Positions 53,533-64,000 of a stretch of DNA of 64,000 bases are shown here, piece by piece. The DNA comes from Octopus vulgaris. Lineage: Eukaryota. The notes beneath the pieces were generated by a model, which made no database searches, was not told where the DNA came from, and worked only from the letters and a program-made list of their open reading frames with translations. The number at the start of each line of letters is the position of its first letter. The stretch's first letter is position 1. The stretch spans positions 73,780,001 to 73,844,000 of the forward strand of contig OX597827.1 of NCBI GenBank assembly GCA_951406725.2, written 5' to 3'. The position numbers were made by a program, and so were the translations under genes.

Positions 53533-53676
53533 CTTTGCACTTCTGGGAACCATAGGGCACGTAATATCCTATGATGCAACCTTCCTCACAGCGTCCCGTG
53601 AATTGATCACATTTAGCGCCTTCACAGTGTTCGCAACGTTCCATACACATATCTCCATAGAATCCAGGAACACATT
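53533..53676 (-). CDS. EGF-like (MEGF10/SREC-type) exon (QCVPGFYGDMCMERCEHCEGAKCDQFTGRCEEGCIIGYYVPYGSQKCK)
   Basis: tacag acceptor, gttaga donor, 144 nt, phase 1-1, 8-Cys CxxGxYGxxCxxxCxxC pattern. Confidence 0.9.
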
Positions 53677-54606
53677 CTGTAATAACAAAAATGATTCAAA
53701 AAGAAAATATCACGGTTGCTGTAAGTATTTCACGAGCGTTAGCACATAAATATTCAGTTGTAATGATATTTTATAGAATGAATATGGTTTAAATTTTATT
53801 ATTAGTGGCATATCATCCGTCTTTACGTTCTGGGTTCAATTTCCGGCGAAGTCGATTTTTACATTTCAGGCTTGATAAGATAAGTACCAGTCAAGCACTT
53901 GGTTCGATGTAATCGACTTGACTCCTCCCACAAAAGTTTTAGGGCTTGAAAGAAGAAATAAGGAGTAATATTTTAGTAACCTCAAAAATGGACATAACCA
54001 TGCACAAGTCGAATGTTTCAAAACACATTATCTTATCGAATCGTGTAAAATGAAATAAGATAAGTTGGCGAGAGTGTACTGGTATATAAAATTATATATA
54101 TATTTAGTTCATAAAGTACACCATTGAAATATTTGGTATATCAATCTTAATTAGCTTTATGAAGACTCCAGTCAACAGCAGTCGGAAATTGTATGGCCTA
54201 CAGAATAACTTTGTTCATTGGATATAGAGTTCTTGACTGTAGGTAAGCAGTATGCCAGTATATTTGACAAGTGTTTGCTTAGCCTGTAATAGTGAATTGA
54301 AATCGTATCACTAAAGCGTTACTATTTAGGAAAACTACAGCGGGGGAGGGACAAAGAGGTGGGGAAGCAGAAAGATTTCAAAACCGAACCAACCGTCTAA
54401 TGGTAATTAGTATGTTCATTTATGTTCGGAGTTCAAACCCCGCTCAATACATTTTACCTTATTAAACATTGAGGATCGATAACATAGTTATCAGTCCACT
54501 ATGGAAGTCAAGATAAACGGTTGTACTTTATCTCAAAATCGATAGCTCCTTAACATTTTCATAAATCAATATTTACCAAGTGAAATAACAAATAAACATA
54601 ACTTAC

Positions 54607-54789
54607 GTAACACTTCCACTTCACAAAGAGTAAGCATTCTCCGATCTCCATTTAACGATATCCTGACATAACTTGAATTGAGTGGATTTCTACATTTAAC
54701 ATGAATTACTTCTTTATTGTATTCATTATAGTAACTTTGGAAACAAAGTGATGATCCAACAGAAACTTTAAATCCTTTCAGCCTGTCAC
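54607..54789 (-). CDS. F-type lectin (fucolectin/FTP)-like domain C-terminal half (GDRLKGFKVSVGSSLCFQSYYNEYNKEVIHVKCRNPLNSSYVRISLNGDRRMLTLCEVEVL)
   Basis: ttctag acceptor, gtaagt donor, 183 nt, phase 1-1. Contains the RLxxFxVxVG, C...C, YVxI and LxLCEVEV signature. Confidence 0.9.
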
Positions 54790-54921
54790 CTAGAACCAAA
54801 ATATAAGAGTAAAATTGGAATCAGATGTTATTTATATTGAGAATAATTTGAAAAGAAAGATCATCAAGCGAAGAGTTTACCATTTTAATAATTTGTCTAA
54901 TTAAATAATCGGTAACACAAT

Positions 54922-55222
54922 ATGTACTGGCACTCCGCCGGTTACGGCTACGAGGGTTTCAGTTGATTTGATCAACGGAAGAGCCTGCTCGTGAAATTAT
55001 CGTTCAAGTGGCTGAGTACTCCACAAACATCTGTACGCTTAACGTAGTTATTAGGGAGATTCAGCGTGACGCAGGGTGTAACGAGGCTGGCCCTTTGAAA
55101 TACAGATACAACTCATTCTTTCAGCTGAAAGGACTTGGGGCAATGTGAAATTAGTCGCCGGGAATTGAACTCACGACTTTACGATCGTTAGCCGAATACC
55201 CTAACCACTAAGCCACACGCCT
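54922..55222 (-). mobile_element. tRNA-derived SINE, second family
   Basis: Minus-strand 5' ggcgtgtggcttagtggttagggtattcggct...gtgagttcaattcccgg (A/B boxes) followed by a conserved-looking body. Confidence 0.75.
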
Positions 55223-55291
55223 TTACATTGATAACACAATGAGTTGAAAAGAATCAAAAATATATATACGTATATGTACATAAGTACAGAC

Positions 55292-55370
<79 letters not shown>

Positions 55371-55640
55371 AAGACATATAGAGAGATAAATGTAATTGAA
55401 AACAAGGAAATTATCTTTAACAAGGTGGTGTATACTTCTGTGTCTGTATCTGTGGTTATTTGCCTTGTGCATCATTAATGTGTGTAGTAACGTATGAATG
55501 TGCGTGAATGAATACACAGGAACATCCACTCCTCTCTACGTGGTACAGCAAACAGACATTGATAAAAATTTCAGACTGTTTTATGTTGTTTAATTCCAAC
55601 TAGCTTTGAGATGAAAATTTTACAGTGGAGATATTTTAGA

Positions 55641-56340
55641 TATACGAGGGTGGGCTGAAAGATTCATAGGACGACTATGAAGGAGTGATGCTAGAGCTGT
55701 GTAATCTTGCATGCATTAAATATCAACTCTACTTCTTAATATCTGTATTGTTTCCTTCCAGGTAAACTGAAATCTGACTGTTCAAAGACGACTTCAAATA
55801 TTACTAATAGCGACTTCTCTTGAAAATGGACAAAATTTGACACTGTGCTGTTATCAAATACCTTGAGAGAGAGACATGAAAACACTTTGTACAATAAACA
55901 TGATGAACTTGTCATGACGAATGTTTCTGCGTGGTGGGTGGCACTTCTATTGACACCTGATGAAAAGCGCACCAGTCGTATAACATCAAAGAAAATCTGA
56001 CATTGTTTGAGGCAGTTTTAGCTAGTTTCCTTGAATATTTCCTAAGCTGAGATGAGTTTTGGGTTTATCACTTTGAGACAGTCAAAAAGACAATAGATGG
56101 AGGAGAAACACCCCACCTCCTCTGCTTCAAAGGTGGCCTAGGTCGTTACACATGCAGCAAGGTGATGGTTTCAGGTTTTCAGGATGCAAAGGTATTGTAT
56201 TTATTGACTATTTTTGAAGTGGCTGACACATAAATGGCGGGTACTATGCCAAGTTGCTGAGGCAGTCACGAAAATGTATGAAGACTAAGCGCTAAAGAAA
56301 TCTGAGGAAAGTTATTTTGTTTCATCAGGACAATCGTCAA
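55641..56340 (+). mobile_element. Mariner-like transposon remnant
   Basis: tacgagggtgggctgaaa end; DEFWVYHFE, KVMVSGFQDAKGIVFIDYF-like and LFHQDN segments. Confidence 0.7.
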
Positions 56341-56584
56341 GCGGACACATCTTTCTGTATGTAAGTATGTGAGCGTGTGTGTGTGAGGAAGAGTGATGTC
56401 TAAGTGGCACTCTCTCTCTCTCACACATAGATACAAGAAAGATGTACGACTATTATTTACGTATGTATGTATATATGACAATATACCCCTCACTCTCTCT
56501 CTTTCTCACACACACACATCTATTTTCTTTGTGGTTTGATACTGTATGTATATGTATCTTTGTGTATGTGTGTTTGTGTGTGCG

Positions 56585-57520
56585 GGCAGGGTTCTACAAC
56601 CGTCAGAAAAAAGCCGGGAATTTTCTTTCTTGATGCTCCTGGTGACACACATAAAAAGTTTTGAAACATTACTTCTCCCCAAAGTAAGGCAAAAAAAATT
56701 TGCAGTTGATGAACCATTGTCTGGCTTTGCTGCCACCATTCTCACAGGTGGACGAACAGCTCATTCGGCTTTTAAATTACCAATAAACCTCGTGACAACT
56801 GACAGTCTAATTTGTAACATAAGCAAAGATTCAGGTTCAGCAGAAGTGTTGTGCCATGCCACCATATCATTTAGGGTGAACGCACCATGTCACATAGAGG
56901 TGAAATGGAAACTCTTGGTAACACCTTACAGGACATCAGAGGCAACAATAAATTTATGGGAGAAATACAAATCAGTTACTTCAGTCCTTGATGAAAATCA
57001 AGCTGTCCATTACCCAACAGAGTTCCTTAATTCTCTTGAGCCACCTGGAATTCCTCCACATAAACATTTTCTAAAGGTAGGAGTCCCAATAATGCTTCTA
57101 GGAAATTTAGATCCTCCTAAATTATGCAATGGGACAGGGTTGATTGTCAAGACATTGTCACCTAACGTGACAGAAGCTACCATCATCACTGGATGTGCCT
57201 CTGAAGAAGAGGTTTTCGTTCCAAGAATTTCAATCAAACCAACAGATATGCCCTTTGAGTTCAAACGAACACAATTCCCAGTGCGACTTCCCTTTGCAAT
57301 GTCTGTTAATACAGTTCAAGGTTAGTATTTCAAATCTACTGGCTTGATTTTGTTATAGTCAAATTCTTATGGCGAAATTTGCTCCAGTTTAGGTAGTTTG
57401 CAAGACTTATTTGTCTATTCTTCTAAACCAGAAAACAAAGAATGTTGTTTACCTAGAAGCTCTTATTATTCCGATATATTAGGAACAATTTTATTCCCAG
57501 GCAACGACGGATGCCTCTGC

Positions 57521-57524
<4 letters not shown>
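56585..57524 (+). mobile_element. Helitron PIF1-like helicase fragment with degenerate 3' end
   Basis: [65 protein letters not shown]; end ggcaacgacgg...ctgcaagt. Confidence 0.9.
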
Positions 57525-57565
<41 letters not shown>

Positions 57566-57999
57566 TATATGTATGGATTAAAATAGTTTGATAAAATTCG
57601 TTGACAATCTTGAGTTTCAAGCACGTTACCAGTCGTCAGCCATTTTGAATTTGAATGACAAGTCGATCGTCATTACCGTGAGGTGGGCTGCAATTAGTGT
57701 CGTGATTTGATATTGGTCAATGTGTAACAGTTAGCTGGAAAATACGACTTGGCGAACAGGAAATTGACCATGTGGAGGGCAGGAAATAGACTAGAAGTCG
57801 GACACGTTGTTGACCGGGAGTAGGAAGCAGGGGCATGCACAAGTCTATAGTTCTCCATGTAGTGTGTAGATGCGCTCATGTAGATGCGTCATATATAGAC
57901 GTAAAACAAGCGTCGGAGATTGGAAAGCACTGGGAATTGATAAGTATTGGGGTTGGAATGTGGTGAGAGCTGGCAAAAGTTGGGAATTTGTAAATGGCT

Positions 58000-58500
58000 G
58001 CCCTGCTCATAGGGTTGATTTGTAATAGTGACCTTGATACAGGCGATACAAGGTAGCAGTTGTTGGTAACGTGGTATATCCAGGTTGTCGGCTGTCAGAG
58101 GGCTGAAATTTACCAGAAATGAATATCTCTGGGGACAACAATACGATGAATCGTATTTCTTTCTTGATAGATACTGAGGGTTCTTGGAGGATATGCAGGT
58201 TTTTACAGAGGCAGAGCTGGCTAATAGGGGCGCCGGGTGAATATCGTGGGGCTAGTCGCATTAATGCTGGGTATTTCATCTCGGAGATCACGGAGTCTCC
58301 AGAGAAAAAGAGACGGAGAAGTAGAGTTCCCACTGTCCCTGAATCTGAACGAGTGCATATACGTCAGTAGCTGTCATACCCGTATAGTGACTAGTAAGGC
58401 CGTCGGATGGAGTAAGAGTGGCTCTGTATACTACGGCCCTTGAGACAGAAAATCCTTCGGGGGCGGGGAACGTGATAGGGTTTCGGAAATAGCATGTTGG
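58000..58500 (-). mobile_element. Penelope-like GIY-YIG endonuclease fragment
   Basis: AVVYRATLTPSDGLTSHYTGMT and APRYSPGAPISQLCLCKNLHIL. Confidence 0.6.
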
Positions 58501-59062
58501 GGGAGGTGAGGGTGCATTTTTACGTCTGATGATGCGTGCGGTTAGATGTGTGTGTACGTATGCGTGGGTATGTGCATATGTGTTCGTTTAAGCATGCGCT
58601 TGTATGTGTGTGTGTGCAAATGTGCGCGAGTGCGCCTATGTACAAATGTGCTCTCACGCATCAATATACACGTGTACACAAAACTATATGAACGCTTCAA
58701 CACCCCAACTTATAGAACTATATACTTGCACATGCCGCCACTTCTTACTAACCGCCAACAACCTGACTGACTTCTAGTCTATTTCTTGACCTCCAAGTGG
58801 TCAATTTCCTGTTCACCTTGCGGTATTTTCCAGCTACTGTTACCCATATACCAACAATAAAACACGACACCGTGTGACCTTCCTCGACCAATCGCAGTCC
58901 ACCCTACAATCAACTTTTGTCATTCAAATCCAAAATGGCTGACGACTAACATCGTGCTTGAAACTCTAGAGTACCAAGAGATTTGAATCAAACTATTTTG
59001 ATCCATACATGTAACTCCCAGTAAATTGGTTGAATGCCTTTTATTTCTCTGTCCACTTATTC

Positions 59063-59197
<135 letters not shown>

Positions 59198-60059
59198 CGG
59201 GTTTGTATGATTGTGTAAAGAGGAATATATAAATCAAATTCTAACCTAGTCTGATTTTAATGTTTTACCATATAAAATATTTAGAATTTCACAATATTAT
59301 AATAACAGAATATATATTTGTTTTTACGCAATCATCAGGTTTATGCAGTAGTTGTGACTTTAAATACCTTCCGATTGGCTGCAGCAGACTGAATCTTACG
59401 AACAGTGTTTTGACCAATCAGTAACTAGCTAACATATCATGGTTTAGTGAGTGCGCCAACTAAGTATTAGCTGTATTTAGATCAATCAGTATGTGGCTTA
59501 GATGTCATGGGTTAGTAGATGTGCCAAATTGGTTAGCACTTATCCCGCTTTATTCATCGAAATATTTTAGGCTATTGGTAAGCACCTTAGTCGCCTTGGT
59601 TTGGTAGGCACGTCAAGGGTTCCTTATTTTGACCGCAACTAAAGAAATAATTGTGTGGCTATATTGAAGAATGTTGTCAATAACCTTCCTCTTTTCATTG
59701 AATTCCATTGCTACTATTCCTACAATTTTCCAGAAATTTTAGATTTCAATCAAATCAATGTTAATATGCGTAACACTACCAACACCATTACCATCTATTG
59801 TCCATTTAAAACGGATTTGAATTTATCAATAAAATTATTTACTCTTGACATCACTTGAGTCGGGTAGTTTGTAGAATTATACACATTATACACACTTTCT
59901 GCAGTTCCTATTTGCATTGGCAAATATTCTTTGATTATCGTTGCATTTGGATACAACGAATGAATCATCATTGTTCTTTAGCTCAAACTTTGCCTTTGTT
60001 AACAAGTGTGTCAAGTTTTCGCCTGTCTTTTATTTAGAATCAAAGTTAGGTCTGTGATT

Positions 60060-60620
60060 ATGTTGTGTCTGGGGAGAGTCATTTTCTTTTTGTGCCTTAT
60101 AATGTAACACACGCACCGGTAAAATTTCCACTTATTTCTTATTTTTATTTTCTTAAATTTTAGGAAAATAAAAATAAGAAATAATTGGAAATTTTACCGG
60201 TGAGTGTGTTACATTATAAAGCACAAAAAAAAATGACTCTCCTCAGACACAACTAAATATGCTTCAACACACGAACTCATATAAAGAATCTTGCAAACCA
60301 AATCCCAAAACGAAATAGATCCGTGATTATATCCTTTAATTCGTTCCTTTGTGCAAGTTTGCTAGTATACTGCATCAAATGCCCGAATTGGGAACAGATA
60401 AACGTCGGTCAGACTGGGAATGCATTATCGGAACGTTCACGTGTGCAACGACAACAGATAAGGGACGCTGATATCCGCCAGACCCTTTAAGCGACCATCT
60501 GGATGCATGTGGTCAGAAAATATTTATAGCATTCCCATTCTACAAACTACACAACTCAAGCGAAGTCGAGAGAACAGGCGGAGGAAAGAATTTTATTGAC
60601 GAATTCAAACCCGATTTAAA
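60060..60620. mobile_element. Penelope-like remnant: palindromic LTR (60060-60253) plus GIY-YIG fragment on the plus strand
   Basis: Inverted arms around 60158; LVYCIKCPNWEQINVGQTGNALSERSRVQRQQI. Confidence 0.7.
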
Positions 60621-60624
60621 TGGA

Positions 60625-60647
60625 GAATAATAATAATAATAATAATG

Positions 60648-60730
<83 letters not shown>

Positions 60731-60778
60731 TATAATAATAATAATAATAGTTATAGTTACGGTGATGATAATAATAAT
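60625..60778. repeat. (AAT)n microsatellite
   Basis: Direct reading. Confidence 0.95.
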
Positions 60779-60994
60779 GGTTTCAAAATTTGTGGTGCTC
60801 TATATTGTACATTGATTTTGCAATACATATTTTGGATATTTTTGAAACAAATTGCCTTATTGATATTTCACGGAGCTCCAGTTCCAACTACATTGACTGT
60901 CTTTCTTTGTGCTTTCTTTGAGTATTTGTTTCGACTCTTTTGTACCAAGAAGTCCCTCAACATTACACTCAGTATGTAACAGAGTATGAGTTAA

Positions 60995-62700
60995 AGCTTT
61001 TGACTGAACAATGAACAGCTTACAATTGCATCATTCCTCAGGGAGGAAAACGGTAGCCTGTTCTTTTTGGATGCTCCGGAGGTTACTGGCAAGAGGTTTA
61101 AACCTAGGAAAAGTCCGTCTAGATGGGTGCATTACATTGGCGGTAGCATATTCAGGAATAGCAGCTACTCTCTTATCGGAGAGACGAACAGCTCATTCTA
61201 CTTTCAAGGTGCCCTTAAATTTAGTTAGGATAGAGACTCCAATTTGCAACATTTCTAAGACATCCGCAAAGGCCAAGGTCTTGCACAAGACGTGCTTGAT
61301 TGTCTGGGATGAATGCACCATATCTCACCGTGGGGCGCTTGAGGCTGTTGACCGGAGCCTAAGAGATTTGAGAAGAAATGACATTGTCATAGGTGGAGTC
61401 ACTGTAGTTTTGGTTGGAGATTTCAGACAAACCCTCTCTGTGATCCCAAAAGGTACAAAAGCAGATGAACTACAGGCCTGACTTTTAACTGTGGAGCCAG
61501 ATGACTAAACTGCACCTGGCAGTTCAGATGAGGGCCCAATTATTTGGTAATCAAACTGCCGGGTTGTTTTCACACCAGCTTCTGAAGATAGGGAATGGGC
61601 AACTACCATATGCCAGCCAAATGCAACAACACCGGCTACCCTGTGGTGAGATGGTACCAACTATCAATGATCCCATAATGCATGTGCTCCCAAGCATTGC
61701 AAACATTTTAGCAACAGTCAATGGATCTGTGAGCGAACCATCCAGGTAATGATGTCGACAAAATCAACTGGGATGTCTTCCGGCTGTCGTTAAGACAAGA
61801 GCAATCTTTCAAATCCCTCGACACTGCATTGATCAAGAGCAGGCTGTAGTTTATCCAACTGAGTTCTTGAACTCTCTACAGCCATCTGTAATGCCACTTT
61901 ACCACTTAACACTTAAAAAGGGGGCCCCAATCATGTTTCTCAGGAATATGGAGCTACTTAGTCTTTGCAATGGCACCACACTAGTAGGGAAAGCGATGCG
62001 ACCCCATGTCCTAGAGTTACCAATTATGACAGAGAAGTATAAGGGTGAGAATGTCTTCACTCCACGGATCCTGTTAATCTCATATGACCTCCCCTTTGAA
62101 TTTAAACGGTTCCAGTTCCCAATGAAACTAAGTTTCGCTATGTCAATAAACAAGTCTTGAGGACAATCTCTCAAGGTTGTTGCATTTTATCTTGCTTCTC
62201 CTTGCTTCTCTAATGGGGAATTATATGTAGGATATTCGCGAGTTGGAAGTACCCAAAATCTTTCCATTTATACTCCAATTAAAGGACACACTCAAATATC
62301 GTATATTAGACGCTCTAGATAATTAAACTGTGATCGATTTCTAAATTTTTTCAATACATTTGTTTATACTCAAATCATCTGATAGAATTCTGGCTAAATG
62401 TACTTATTAACAGGATAGGAGCGCCCACAGCCGGTTCTTCTCAAATTTATGCATTTTCAGGTCTAACGTGTTCAAATATGTACTGACAATTGAAGGTGAT
62501 TGCAAAGACAAAGAACTACCTGGTTTTAAAGAATTTTAAAAGTGAGAACATCGGACGAAACATGCTATTTAGATATACAGTTGGTAGCTCAGCTAATAAC
62601 TGTTGAGAACTGCATAATCCATGTTTCATTTTACTATGAGATTTAAAAGTCATACTAAAATTTCATTATTTTCTTTAACCCAGACAACGCCAGGTTAGTA
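60995..62700 (+). mobile_element. Helitron PIF1-like helicase 3' fragment
   Basis: FFLDAPEVTGK, AVAYSGIAATLL..RTAHSTFKVP, IVWDECTI, VGDFRQTL, FKRFQFPMKLSFAMSINKS*GQSL; end aacccagacaacgccagg. Confidence 0.92.
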
Positions 62701-63154
62701 TGAAATATATGTGACGAGTATTAACTGTTTCTTCTGACTCGAATAATAATTTCAACTTATAAATATTGAACACTTTTCTAGCGAATGTTGATTGAGATGA
62801 GACATAAAATAGGATAAATGCCAAAATAAGAGGAAGAAACTAAGTTGTGATTTTTATGGTTCGTACATAAATTCATTCTATCGTGTGTTGAAGCATATTC
62901 TGTTGTGTCTGCCTTCAGCAACGCAACTTGGATAACGGACAGAGTCAACAACTATCGGAAGTGTTGCAAGACGCAACGAAAATGCTAGAAAAATTAATAA
63001 GTAAATGGGTGGAAATTTTACCGGTGATAAATTATAAGGCACTAAAAGAGAATGATTCTTTCCAGATATAACAGAATATATATATATATATATATATCTA
63101 AAAAGTATATGTATTTTTGAAGGGAGCTGACTTCTCGTCGACAACCATGATTGT

Positions 63155-63199
63155 CACACGCTGATGAAAGGTAAACACCTTGAAACTCGGGTCCGTGTG
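63155..63199 (+). ncRNA. Minimal type-I hammerhead ribozyme motif
   Basis: cacacg CTGATGA aaggt-aaac-acctt GAAAC tcgg GTC cgtgtg: 6-bp stem I, 5-bp stem II, GUC cleavage triplet. Confidence 0.85.
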
Positions 63200-63682
63200 T
63201 ATCATGAGTTGAAGACGGGGAGGATGACTCCCCTTCACAAATACTGAGAGGACACAGATAGTGTGTCTATAGCCAGCTGGAGGAGATATCTTCCTGGGGC
63301 TACAAACTACAGTAGCATCCACCCTTAGGTGTTAGTCATATTCAAATGGCAAATATGCGTCACGATGTGTTACCGCTACTGTTTATAACTCGCTCTCAGA
63401 TTTATCATTGTTATATATATATATATTATTACATCAGTGTCCTAACACATAAAAGTGACCGTACAGGTAACATTACTTATTTACGTATATAATTATAAAG
63501 ATATAGTTATAAATAAGGGCTGCTGGACATGACCAGCGCCTATGCTAGAAGTAGATGTCAAATACCTACACTCCATTGTAAAACGTGTTCTCTATATTCA
63601 GTCACAGGTACGATTATTTCTTTATCGAGATAGGCTGGAGGATGAAAAGTATACGCGGCAAATAGTGTGTGCATTGGTATCT

Positions 63683-63914
63683 ATTTATTTACTACCCACA
63701 AGGGACTAAACAGAGAGAGGACAAACAAGGACAGACAAACGGATTAAGTCGATTATATCGACCCCAGTGCGTAACTGGTACTTAATTTATCGACCCTGAA
63801 AGGATGAAAGGCAAAGTCGACATCGGCGAAATTTGATCTCGGAACGTAGCGACAGACGAAATACGCCTACGCATTTCGCCCGGCGTGCTAACGTTTCTGC
63901 CAGCTCGCCGCCTT
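63683..63914 (-). mobile_element. Well-preserved tRNA-derived SINE with probable 16-bp TSD
   Basis: Full consensus-like copy flanked by gtgtgcattggtatct (63667-63682) and gtgtgcattgctatct (63919-63934). Confidence 0.88.
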
Positions 63915-63948
63915 AACAGTGTGCATTGCTATCTGCAGGTGAACTTAC

Positions 63949-64000
63949 CTGTGAGTGCGTATATTTTTCGCTTGTATATTAATGGTATCTTCTTCTGGAG
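63949..64000 (-). CDS. Partial exon, probable N-terminal half of F-type lectin-like domain (LQKKIPLIYKRKIYALT, phase-1 donor)
   Basis: CAG|gtaagt donor on the minus strand. The phase joins the 54789 exon to give ...IYALTGDRLKGF, resembling the DLxxxxxIxxVxIxNR strand. Truncated by the window end. Confidence 0.6.

Noticed and set aside
54922-55222. tRNA gene
   Set aside because: A/B-box head continues into a SINE body with no complete cloverleaf.

Overview
AT-rich, repeat-dense eukaryotic genomic DNA, most likely an octopus or other cephalopod (inferred from the SINE families, microsatellite load and gene types), with a 100-N scaffold gap at 31194-31293. Almost all tracked ORFs are microsatellite artefacts or decayed transposons; the real genes are short GT-AG exons that I assembled by hand. 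(1) Plus strand, 1-20588: the last seven exons of a receptor-type protein tyrosine phosphatase distal (D2-like) domain. It looks catalytically dead (HCSAGxGR is replaced by HSSDKFHK), ends in a YSNF tail, and has an apparent 1-nt frameshift in one exon. (2) Minus strand, 64000 down to about 34845: an ectodomain-type gene with an F-type-lectin-like domain followed by MEGF10/SREC-like EGF repeats on phase-1/phase-1 exons. A two-exon EGF cassette was tandemly duplicated together with a Tc1 transposon, and a third older copy is decaying. The rest is Penelope-like elements (many carrying hammerhead ribozyme motifs, several as palindromes), R4/Dong-like, CR1-like, RTE-like and L1-like LINE remnants, mariner/Tc1 and Helitron remnants, SINEs and microsatellites. 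I see no clearly new biological system. The best leads are the lectin-EGF/pseudophosphatase receptor locus (possibly one gene split by the gap), the exon-cassette birth-and-death, and the dense set of hammerheads.
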